DNA of 64,000 nt. Origin: Candidatus Limnocylindrales bacterium. GTDB lineage: Bacteria; Chloroflexota; Limnocylindria; Limnocylindrales; CSP1-4. Both the position numbers and the translations under genes were made by a program. A model generated the notes under the pieces. The model saw only the letters and a program-made list of their open reading frames with translations. It had not been told where the DNA came from and searched no databases. Where the stretch lies: positions 88-64,087 of the forward strand of contig JBBQMH010000005.1 in NCBI GenBank assembly GCA_038328755.1. Reading direction: 5' to 3'. Shown piece by piece: positions 54,022-62,397 of the stretch (its first letter is position 1; every line of letters begins with the position of its first letter).

Positions 54022-55212
54022 GTCACGCTCACCAGCATCCGCCTGGCCGGCCTGCGGGGATACTCGACCCTCGAGATCGAATTCGGTCCTGGACCGCAGC
54101 TCCTGTGGGGGCAGAACGCCGCTGGCAAGACCAGCCTGCTCGAGGCGATCGTCCTCCTGGCGTGGGGCCACTCCCACCGGACGACCTCGGATGTCGATCT
54201 CATTCGCTGGGGCAGCGACCTCGCCCGTGTCGAGGGGACCGTCGGAAACGAGACGGTTGAGATCGTGCTCGTTCGGCCGGGGGGCGACGCAGCCCGGGGC
54301 GGTGGCCGGAAGCGGGTCCGGGTGAACGGCGTAGCCCGCCGCGCAACGGCTCTCAGCGGGGCGCTCCGGGTTGTCGTGTTCGCGCCCGAGGAGATGCTCC
54401 TGATCGCGGGCTCGCCGTCGCTCCGCCGTGCGGCTCTGGACCGCATCACCGGCGCCCGCTACCCGGCCTACGGGCCCGCTCTGGCCACCTATACACGGGC
54501 GCTTCAACAGCGGAACGGCCTGCTCCGGGCGATTCGCGAGGAAGCCGCCCAGCGGAGCGAGCTCCGCTACTGGGATGGGCCGTTCCTGGACGCCGGCGGC
54601 CAGGTGGTCGATCTGCGCCAGCGAGTGCTGGCCGAGCTGGCGCGCCCGCTCGCGGATGCCCATGCCGAGATTGCGCCTGACGAGGCGGCCCGCGCCGCGC
54701 TCGGGCTCCGGTACGAGACGAACGCGCCGCCCCACACCGGCGAGAGCCCGCGGGAGGCGCTCGAGCGGCGGCTCACCGAGACAGCGGACAAGGAGGCCTG
54801 GAACGGGACGACGCTCGTCGGTCCGCATCGCGACGACCTGTCCTTCATGCTGGCCGGTCGCGATCTCGCTGGGTTCGCTTCCCGCGGGCAGCAGCGGACG
54901 GCGATCCTCGCTTTCAAGCTGGCGGAGCTGGACCTTCTGAGCGCGCTCGACGGACGACCACCACTCCTCCTGCTCGACGACGTCTTCTCGGAGCTCGATC
55001 CGGAGCGCCGATCGCACCTGGTCCGTCGAATCGCCGCCCTGCCGCAGGCGTTCGTGACCACGACGACGCTCGACGACCTGGACCCGGCCCTGCTCGCGAT
55101 TGCCGACAGCTGGCGGGTCGAGGCGAATGCCGATTCCGCGGACCCGGATCCCAGCGGGCCCGGAGGGAGCGGCGCGACGCTGACCGGACCGCGTCGGGCG
55201 CAGGCCTCATGA
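54022..55212 (+). CDS. recF: DNA replication/repair protein RecF (no canonical start codon; 5' end inferred)
   Basis: The in-frame translation from 54022 reads VTLTSIRLAGLRGYSTLEIEFGPGPQLLWGQNAAGKTSLLEAI (Walker A). The track ORF only begins at GTG 54265, downstream of the Walker A. The C-terminal LLLDDVFSELD (Walker B) is present. Confidence 0.85.
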   Translation, partial: VTLTSIRLAGLRGYSTLEIEFGPGPQLLWGQNAAGKTSLLEAIVLLAWGHSHRTTSDVDLIRWGSDLARVEGTVGNETVEIVLVRPGGDAARGGGRKRVRVNGVARRATALSGALRVVVFAPEEMLLIAGSPSLRRAALDRITGARYPAYGPALATYTRALQQRNGLLRAIREEAAQRSELRYWDGPFLDAGGQVVDLRQRVLAELARPLADAHAEIAPDEAARAALGLRYETNAPPHTGESPREALERRLTETADKEAWNGTTLVGPHRDDLSFMLAGRDLAGFASRGQQRTAILAFKLAELDLLSALDGRPPLLLLDDVFSELDPERRSHLVRRIAALPQAFVTTTTLDDLDPALLAIADSWRVEANADSADPDPSGPGGSGATLTGPRRAQAS

Positions 55213-55553
55213 GCGACGACGACGCTCCCCGCCGGCGCCGGCCCATGTCGCGAATCGGCGACCTCATCCCTGCGGCGGCGGCCGGGCTCGGCCTGGCCGA
55301 CGAGCTGCGCCGCGCCCGGATGGTGGCGACGTTCGATGCCATCGTGGCCGAGCACGTCCCGGCCGCCCACGGAGCGTGTCGTGCCGCCCGGGTCGAGGGC
55401 GAGGTGCTGGTGGTTGAGGCCGACGCACCGATCGTGGCCCAGGAGCTCCGCCTCCAGGCCAGGGTGCTCGTAGCCGCGTTCCGTTCCGCTCCGGGGGGCG
55501 CGCCCGTGGCGGAGTTGCGCGTCACCGCTCGAACGGGTCGACCACTCCGCTGA
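55209..55553 (+). CDS. DUF721 (DciA-like) protein
   Basis: 114 aa that overlaps the recF stop. It has the pattern ...ARVEGEVLVVEADAPIVAQELRLQ... and occupies the classic DUF721 position after recF. Confidence 0.62.
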   Translation: MSDDDAPRRRRPMSRIGDLIPAAAAGLGLADELRRARMVATFDAIVAEHVPAAHGACRAARVEGEVLVVEADAPIVAQELRLQARVLVAAFRSAPGGAPVAELRVTARTGRPLR

Positions 55554-55626
55554 GGCGGCGGGCCGGGGTGGGCGTGCGATAATTCCGGCCCGGCCACTCG
55601 CCCCCAGACCCCTCGCAGAGGCTCGC

Positions 55627-57879
55627 ATGGCCACCCGGTTCCAGATGACCCTCGGCGTCCTCGCCGACCAGGATCGCCGCTCCGACTCGCCGGACACGGT
55701 CGTCGTCGTGGAGCCCACGGTCGGGTCGCGGGCCCGCTCGAAGGGTCAGCTCTATCTCCTCGTGACGTCGATGGTCCCGGGTCCGAAGGCACGGGAGGCG
55801 ACCCGGCTGGTGGCCGATGTCATCCGTCACGAGTACTACTACGACGAGTCGGCCGGCATCCGGGTCTGCCTGATCAAGGCGATCCTCGCGGCCAACAAGC
55901 GACTGACCCATGCCCGGGAACGGACCGCCCTGGCTGGCACTGACGGGCCGGGCCGGGCTCCGATCGGCGTCGCCATCGCGGTCGTCCGCGACCATGAGCT
56001 CTACGTTGCCACCGTGGGGCCCGCGGAGGCCTACCTGAGCCGCGGAGCGCGGCTGAGCACACTTCCAGACCCCGACCGCCAGCGCGGCCTCCCTGCGACC
56101 GATCTCGACCCGGATGTCTGGCGCGGCGAAATCAACGTCGGCGATCAGCTCGCGCTGGTGTCCCCCAGCCTGATGGAGCGCCTCGGGCCCGACGAGCTGA
56201 AGGATGCCCTGGTCACGCTCCACCCACAGCCGGCCATCGAGCACCTGGCGCAGCGCTTCGCCGAGGTTGGTGGCAACGGAAGTGACGGGGGCCTGATCCT
56301 CGAAGTCGGCGAGGTGCCCATCGTCCGGGCCGGGCGGACGCTGGTTCCGGTCAGGCCCCCCGAGCCACTGGCCGGCGCCCCGGACCGATCCCCCATCCCG
56401 CTCGCCGATTCCGTCAGCGGAGGTGTCGCCGCCGCCCAGGCCGGGGCTCGTCGAGCTCGATCGGCCGCCGGCGGGGCTCTCAGCCGGCTCATCGGGCGGG
56501 CCCAGGACTCGATGCCGTCTCGCGCGCCATCGCCGCGCCGCGTCCGGACCATGGGATCCCGCCGCGAATCACAGCAGCGGGCGGCCGTCGCGATCCTGGC
56601 CCTGGTGGTTGTCGCCGGCTCGCTCGGCATCGGCGTGTCGCTCCTCGGGAGCCGGCAGGCCCCGGGCGAGGTCATCGCATCGGCCGAGGTCGGCCAGGCG
56701 GCACTCGACCAGGCGCGAAAGAACCTGGACCGGGTCTTTGGGCCGGGCATCAACCTCATCGCCAACGACCCGGCGACCGCGGAGCGGCTCCTGACGGATA
56801 CGCTCAACCAGGTCAAGGAGGCAACCGCCGCGGGCATCACGGCCGCCGTCCTGACGCCACTCCGGGATCGTGCAGTGGCGGGGCTCGACCATCTCTACGG
56901 GGTGATCGACGTGACGCCGACCAGCGTCTTCAGTTTTCCGACCGATCTCAACGCGGACCTGCGCAGCCTCGTTCGGGGACCTGATGGGGCGCCCTATGTC
57001 CTCGATGCCACGACATCGACGGTCTACCGGATCAACCTGACGGACCTGACGGCCGCGGCGATCTTCCGTGAGGGCAACAAGGCAGGTGGCTCGACCGAGG
57101 CCGCCCCGAGGCTGATCGCCACCGGCGGGCCGGACCTGTTGATCCTCGACGCCAAGAACGTGCTGTGGCGCTGGCGCCCGGCCGATGCGAAGGGGAAGGG
57201 CACGACGAGCAGGATCAAGGTGACCGGTGCCAGTGAGTGGGGGAATGACGTCCTCGCCATCGGGACGTTCGTCCGCGATGCAAACGCCGGTCTCTACAAC
57301 CTCTACGTGATCGATCCGTCCGAGCAGGAGATCCTGGCCTATGCCCCCGCCGCCGACGGAAGCGGCTTCCCGGCGGCCCCGTCCAAGCGCCTGACGACCC
57401 CGAGATCGGTCGATGCGGTGACCAGTCTGTACATCGATGGCGACATCTGGATCACCGATGCGGGTTCGATCCTCCGCGTCGTGGGCGGGACCACCGACGG
57501 GTGGGCCCTCGCTGCGCTTCCAGATGGGATCCTGCGTCCGGCACCGACGTTCTCGGCGGTGATGTCCGGGTCGGACCGCCGGACCGGGAGGATCTACGGC
57601 TATGACGCGCCGAACGAGCGGGTCGTCTCGTTCACCAAGGCCAAGGGCGCCTACGTCGAACAGTACCGGCTCAGCGGTGGCGACAAAGCCTGGTCCGATG
57701 TCCGTGGCTGGTACGTCGAGCCGAGCATCACGGACGCGGCGGATTCAATCGTCTGGATCACCACCAGCGGGCTCTATCACGCGGTGCTTGAGCCAATCAC
57801 GAGCGACCCCGGCACGAGCGGGAGCCCGTCTCCCTCGGGGTCCGCGGCGCCGTCTGTGGCGGCCAGCCCCGCCCCCTGA
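55627..57879 (+). CDS. Membrane-anchored PP2C-like (apparently catalytically degenerate) protein with a large extracytoplasmic domain
   Basis: 750 aa. The N-terminal ~230 aa align by eye to PstP-type PP2C blocks with the metal-binding Asp residues replaced (see findings). One TM segment (AAVAILALVVVAGSLGIGVSLLG) follows. The extracytoplasmic region is about 420 aa with a Ser/Pro-rich end. Confidence 0.5.
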   Translation: MATRFQMTLGVLADQDRRSDSPDTVVVVEPTVGSRARSKGQLYLLVTSMVPGPKAREATRLVADVIRHEYYYDESAGIRVCLIKAILAANKRLTHARERTALAGTDGPGRAPIGVAIAVVRDHELYVATVGPAEAYLSRGARLSTLPDPDRQRGLPATDLDPDVWRGEINVGDQLALVSPSLMERLGPDELKDALVTLHPQPAIEHLAQRFAEVGGNGSDGGLILEVGEVPIVRAGRTLVPVRPPEPLAGAPDRSPIPLADSVSGGVAAAQAGARRARSAAGGALSRLIGRAQDSMPSRAPSPRRVRTMGSRRESQQRAAVAILALVVVAGSLGIGVSLLGSRQAPGEVIASAEVGQAALDQARKNLDRVFGPGINLIANDPATAERLLTDTLNQVKEATAAGITAAVLTPLRDRAVAGLDHLYGVIDVTPTSVFSFPTDLNADLRSLVRGPDGAPYVLDATTSTVYRINLTDLTAAAIFREGNKAGGSTEAAPRLIATGGPDLLILDAKNVLWRWRPADAKGKGTTSRIKVTGASEWGNDVLAIGTFVRDANAGLYNLYVIDPSEQEILAYAPAADGSGFPAAPSKRLTTPRSVDAVTSLYIDGDIWITDAGSILRVVGGTTDGWALAALPDGILRPAPTFSAVMSGSDRRTGRIYGYDAPNERVVSFTKAKGAYVEQYRLSGGDKAWSDVRGWYVEPSITDAADSIVWITTSGLYHAVLEPITSDPGTSGSPSPSGSAAPSVAASPAP

Positions 57880-57913
57880 TCCCCGGACCCTTCTGCGGGT
57901 GGATAATTCCGAC

Positions 57914-58513
57914 ATGGGACGTCTGGTTGAAATGGTTGTCGAGAGCGTCCGGGTCCACATGCTCTCGAACCGCCACGTGGTGATCCTCAAGGACTCCGAA
58001 CGGGACCGCTACCTGCCGATCTGGATCGGGGCCTGGGAGGCGAGCGCCATCGCGATGCGCCTGCAGGGCCTGAAGGCCGAGCGTCCGCTGACCCACGACC
58101 TCTTCACCGCGGCCCTCGAAGGTGTTGGCGCCAGGATCGATCGAATCGTCATCTCGGCCCTGGCCGACGAGACGTATCACGCCCGGCTGGTCCTCGACGT
58201 CGGCGGCCGGTCCGTGGAGCTGGACGCCCGTCCGTCGGACTGCGTGGCGCTCGCCGTCCGCAACGAGACCCGGATCCTCGTCGATGAAGAAGTGCTCGAC
58301 CAAGCGGCGCTCAGCGGTAATCCCGACGAGGGCCCAGGCGCCGCTGATGGTCGCCCCCCGGGCGGACCGGAATCCGACTACCGCCGCGAAGTCCCGCTCG
58401 AATCGCTGGGCGAGGCCGTCGTCGACGAGCGGCTCGACATGTTTCGCGACTTCATCAACTCGCTGGACCGGGATCGGGGGACCGGCGAGCCCGGGGGTGG
58501 GCCAACGTCCTGA
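57914..58513 (+). CDS. Bifunctional nuclease family protein (DUF151/BFN domain)
   Basis: From ATG 57914: MGRLVEMVVESVRVHMLSNRHVVILKDSERDRYLPIWIGAWEASAIAMRLQG...RPLTHDL...ARPSDCVALAVR. Confidence 0.75.
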   Translation: MGRLVEMVVESVRVHMLSNRHVVILKDSERDRYLPIWIGAWEASAIAMRLQGLKAERPLTHDLFTAALEGVGARIDRIVISALADETYHARLVLDVGGRSVELDARPSDCVALAVRNETRILVDEEVLDQAALSGNPDEGPGAADGRPPGGPESDYRREVPLESLGEAVVDERLDMFRDFINSLDRDRGTGEPGGGPTS

Positions 58514-58526
58514 GTCCGGCTCGTCC

Positions 58527-58549
58527 CTGGCGGGCCACCGGCCCGTCAG
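58527..58549. terminator. Bidirectional terminator-like hairpin between convergent genes
   Basis: CTGGCGGGCC acc GGCCCGTCAG, a 10-bp stem including one G-U pair. It overlaps the GT2 stop codon. Confidence 0.4.
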
Positions 58550-59307
58550 TCCGGCGGCAGGATCGGCGAGCCGCGTTCGAGCGCTCGGCCCGGCGCCGCC
58601 CAGAGCCGCAGGCGCAGGCTCCAGAAGTCCCGCATCGCCCGGAAGACCACCTGCGGCCTCGCCCCTGTTGGTGATCCGGCCGTCCGCGGATAGTGGGGAA
58701 CTCCGACCTCGACGACGCGTCGGCCGGCCCGGCGGAGCTTGATCAGGAGCTCGGCGGAGAAGAAGGCTCCGTTGGACTCTACGCTGATCCCCGCCAGGGC
58801 GTCCCGGCGGAACACCTTGCAGGCGCAATCGACATCCCTGACCCGGAGGCCGAAGAAGACCAGGTTCGCGAGCCGGTAGGCCCGTGCGTAGAGCGTTCGC
58901 ACGAGTGGGTCAGCCCGCTTGATCCGATAGCCGGCCACGACATCGACATCGCCGGCCGCAAGGCGATCGAGGAGTCGCCCCAGATCCTCGACCCGGAACT
59001 GGCGGTCCCCATCGGTGAACGCAATCAGGTCGTGACTGGCGGCGGCAAACCCGGACCGAAGAGCCGCTCCGTAGCCCCGGTTGCGAGCGTGATGGACCAC
59101 CCGCACCCGTGCGTCCCCCGCGGCGAGCTCATCGGCGATTCGGGGCGTCTCGTCGCGCGATCCGTCATCGACGACGATGACCTCGAACGTCTCGGCCAGA
59201 TGCGGCAACGCGGCCAGCGCCTCCTCGACGAGCCCGCGCAGGTTGTCCGCCTCGTTGTGGGCCGGGAAGAAGTACGACAGGGCCTGGAGGCGGGGCTCGG
59301 CGCTCAC
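58546..59307 (-). CDS. GT2 polyprenyl-phosphate sugar synthase (Ppm1/DPM1/GtrB-like)
   Basis: FPAHNEADNL, VIVVDDGSRDET, RNRGYGAALRSG and FTDGDRQF. A soluble 253-aa enzyme. Confidence 0.8.
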   Translation of the reverse strand: MSAEPRLQALSYFFPAHNEADNLRGLVEEALAALPHLAETFEVIVVDDGSRDETPRIADELAAGDARVRVVHHARNRGYGAALRSGFAAASHDLIAFTDGDRQFRVEDLGRLLDRLAAGDVDVVAGYRIKRADPLVRTLYARAYRLANLVFFGLRVRDVDCACKVFRRDALAGISVESNGAFFSAELLIKLRRAGRRVVEVGVPHYPRTAGSPTGARPQVVFRAMRDFWSLRLRLWAAPGRALERGSPILPPD

Positions 59308-60881
59308 CCTCCGACCGCGCGGGACGCTACGACCCGGAAGACGTTCGTCGCCTGAGGGGAATCCAGGGGCGCGAGGTCGTACAGCGCGCGAACGAGCCCG
59401 AGATCGCGGTCGTTGGCCCGGATGACGTAGACCGGGCGTTGGCCAAGGAAGCGTGCGATCACGTCGGTTGCCCCTCCGTAGTCCAGGTCAAGCCTCGTTC
59501 GATCGTCGATCACCGTGACATCCGGGCGCCGATGGTCGATGAGCTGGGCATACCAGAGCACGGTCGAGGTGCTCCACCAGCTTACGATGACGGCATCGGG
59601 GGCGACTTCGGTGAGGACCGCGTCGACCCACTGCCGGGCGCCCGTATCGTGGCTCAGATCAGCCTGGCGCGCTCGGAGCGGAGCGTCGATCGCCGTCGGC
59701 ACGAGCAGCATCCCGGCAACCACCACGGTCGAGAGTGCGCCGGCCAGAACTGCGAATCGCGGTCTCTGCACCGTCAGCACCGGAAGGCGGCCCTGATCGG
59801 CGAGGGTGCCCGCCAGGATCGCGAGCCAGGTCCAGGCCCAGAAGATCGGACCGAGGTAGTAGCGGCCGATGTCGGCGTTGGAATACGAGGCGTTGAAAAC
59901 GAGCGTGATGAGCATCGCTGAACCGGTCAGGAGCGCGTAGCGCCAGTTCCGCAGCAGCGTCGCCAGGAGCCCCACCGGGATCAGCGGGGCCAACAGGCCG
60001 AACTGGGTCGCCGTGAGCTGCCCGAGCGCCGCGATCTTCGACGAGATGTGCCCGAATGGGTCGACGATGGAGCCGCGGAACTGCTCGCCAAGGGCGACGT
60101 ACCAGAAGCCTTCCCACGTGTCCGGCCCGGCGTAGACCAGCGGTGCCCGAAATGGTCCCGCGCGGAGCGGTAGCTCAAGGTAGACCCCGACGATCGTCGC
60201 GCTCAGGGCGAGCACGCAGGCGGCCACGAACCGCGGGCGTCGCAGGATCCCCGGCTCCACGCTCAGCACGAACAGACCGACCGGCAGCGCGAGGAGCAGG
60301 GTCAGCGAGTGGTTCCCGACCGACAGGCCGAACACGACGCTCGCGGCCACGAGCCAGCGGTCCGCGGTCGACGTCTGGGCTCCGGACCGCCGCGCCTGTT
60401 CCCAACGGACCAGGAGGAGGAACAGGATGGCCACCAGGGCCAGGTGGAGCGTGTGTGGATCCGCGTGCGTCGCCAGGCGCCAGGCCGACGGTGTCAGCGC
60501 CACGCCGAGGCCGGCCGCGATCCCGATCGCCAGGCGGCCAGTCAGTCGAGTGACCAGGTGCACGGTGACCGCGCCGGCCAGCGCAACGGATAGGAGCGAC
60601 AGGACGTTCATCCGGAACGCCGGCTCACCCAGCGGCATGAGGAGCAGATTGATCGCCCAGCCGAGGATCACGTAGGTCGGATAGCCGGTGGGATGAGCGG
60701 TTCCAAGGAGCGGCAGCACGGTCTGGAATTCGGCCGTGTCCCAGTTCCCGACATCGGGCATCAGCCCGGGCCAGACGAGGAACACGACCACCGCTGCGAC
60801 CACGAGCGGCGAGGCCAGCTCGATGAACCTCGCGGTCGCCGCACGGGCGCGTCGGCTCGGCTGTGGCAACGAACTCACCAT
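59304..60881 (-). CDS. DUF2723-type GT-C membrane glycosyltransferase
   Basis: From the Met at 60881: MVSSLPQPS... The motif GNWDTAEFQTVLPLLGTAHPTGYPTY resembles the DUF2723 signature. It has many TM segments and a C-terminal soluble domain. The upstream 165 aa of track ORF 59304..61376 are rejected. Confidence 0.62.
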   Translation of the reverse strand: MVSSLPQPSRRARAATARFIELASPLVVAAVVVFLVWPGLMPDVGNWDTAEFQTVLPLLGTAHPTGYPTYVILGWAINLLLMPLGEPAFRMNVLSLLSVALAGAVTVHLVTRLTGRLAIGIAAGLGVALTPSAWRLATHADPHTLHLALVAILFLLLVRWEQARRSGAQTSTADRWLVAASVVFGLSVGNHSLTLLLALPVGLFVLSVEPGILRRPRFVAACVLALSATIVGVYLELPLRAGPFRAPLVYAGPDTWEGFWYVALGEQFRGSIVDPFGHISSKIAALGQLTATQFGLLAPLIPVGLLATLLRNWRYALLTGSAMLITLVFNASYSNADIGRYYLGPIFWAWTWLAILAGTLADQGRLPVLTVQRPRFAVLAGALSTVVVAGMLLVPTAIDAPLRARQADLSHDTGARQWVDAVLTEVAPDAVIVSWWSTSTVLWYAQLIDHRRPDVTVIDDRTRLDLDYGGATDVIARFLGQRPVYVIRANDRDLGLVRALYDLAPLDSPQATNVFRVVASRAVGG

Positions 60882-62368
60882 CCGAGCAGGTTGCCCCAGG
60901 TCATGCCCCAGAAGTTGACGGCGACCGAGATCCCGATCAGCCAGATGGCCACGAGCCGGAGCCCGCCGCGCCGCTCCATGCCGAGGGCGACGAGCGGCAG
61001 AGCGAACACGACGAAGTCGTTGCTGAAGCGATAGCCGAACTGGACCCAGCCCTGGCTGAAGTGCATCAGGTTCACGAACGCGATGGCGAGGACCGCGGCC
61101 ACCGCTCCGGTCACGAGCCGGCCGCGACCGACCTGCCTCAGCGCGGGGGCCATGAGCAGGTAGGCCGGGCTGGTGAGGAGCAGGCTCATGCCGATCTGCT
61201 GCGGCAGTGCGATCGGGCAGGTCGGATCGAACAGGCCGCGGACGGCGTCGGGCGCCGTGCACAGCGGTTCGCCCGGACCGAAGGCACCCGGCATCCGGTC
61301 CGGCAGGATCGATGGCAGCGACGACAGCATGATCTGGAGGTTCTGAGGCACGTAGCGCAGGTCCTCGATGCTCCAATTCGGGTGATAGCCAAGGGCTGCA
61401 TAGCCGTTGGCCTCGAGGCGGTACAGGTATTCGTACCCGGGATGGAACAGGTGACCGGTCGTCGCGACGTTGTAGGCGAGCAGGGCGAGGATCGGGATGG
61501 CGGCCCCGAGACCCGCCGAAACAGCCCGGCGGGCCGCGCTTCCGCCGCTTCCGACGAAGATGAAGAACGGCGCTCCGAAGACGATGGTCAGCCTGGCGGT
61601 GCAGGCGAGGCCAAAGAAGAACCCGGCCACGAACTGGCGGCGATCCACCAGCGCCAGCGGGTTCAGGAGGCTCGCCCGGATCTCACCGATGACCGCCCGC
61701 GCCGCCCGCGCCCCGCGGCTCCAGGCGCCGCCGATCGGCCCCTCCGCGGCATCGTCCGGCTGCCCGGTGTCGCGACCGAGCCCGCGGTCCCCGGACAGGG
61801 CGATACCGACCGCCAGGAGGGCCATGGCCAGGGCCACGACATGCGCGAAGAACCACGTCGTGCCGAGCTCGGCGGTGTACCAGAAGACCGTCCCGAAACC
61901 GAAGAAGATCGTCACGGCCAGTCGCACGGGCCGGCTGATCGGGAGCCGCCCGAGCGCCCACCAGCAAAGCCCGACGTCGATGGCGCCGAGGACCACCGAG
62001 ACCGTGCGCTGATCCGTGGCCAGGCCGAAGAGCGCCACGAACGGCATCAGCACGATGGCCGGCAGCGGCGGGAATGGCAGCAGGCCGAAGCCGGTCTGGT
62101 GGCCGAGCGAGTCGAGGACCGGAAAGACATCCTGGAAGAAATCGTTTCCGGGAGCCGGCCAGGTGATGGCCACCCGCCCGTCGAGGAACGCCATCGCCTG
62201 CCAGACGAAGTGGTTGTAATAGCGAACCGATCCCGGCAGCCAGTAGGCAGCCAGGGCGGCCATGATCAGGGCGCCACCGATCAGCGGGGATGGGAGGAGA
62301 TCCAGCCAGTGCTGACCGGTTCGGGCAGTGCCGGGCGAGGCAGGACCCTGTGCTACGCTGCCACCCAC
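60875..62368 (-). CDS. GT-C membrane glycosyltransferase (ArnT/PMT-like)
   Basis: A polytopic protein of about 500 aa. The first-loop region is FLDGRVAITWPAPGNDFFQDVFP. The start is uncertain: track ATG 62458 would overlap the divergent gene, so I use GTG 62368. Confidence 0.55.
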   Translation of the reverse strand: MGGSVAQGPASPGTARTGQHWLDLLPSPLIGGALIMAALAAYWLPGSVRYYNHFVWQAMAFLDGRVAITWPAPGNDFFQDVFPVLDSLGHQTGFGLLPFPPLPAIVLMPFVALFGLATDQRTVSVVLGAIDVGLCWWALGRLPISRPVRLAVTIFFGFGTVFWYTAELGTTWFFAHVVALAMALLAVGIALSGDRGLGRDTGQPDDAAEGPIGGAWSRGARAARAVIGEIRASLLNPLALVDRRQFVAGFFFGLACTARLTIVFGAPFFIFVGSGGSAARRAVSAGLGAAIPILALLAYNVATTGHLFHPGYEYLYRLEANGYAALGYHPNWSIEDLRYVPQNLQIMLSSLPSILPDRMPGAFGPGEPLCTAPDAVRGLFDPTCPIALPQQIGMSLLLTSPAYLLMAPALRQVGRGRLVTGAVAAVLAIAFVNLMHFSQGWVQFGYRFSNDFVVFALPLVALGMERRGGLRLVAIWLIGISVAVNFWGMTWGNLLGW

Positions 62369-62397
62369 CTCATCGCTCGAGCAGGAGGCCGATCCGG

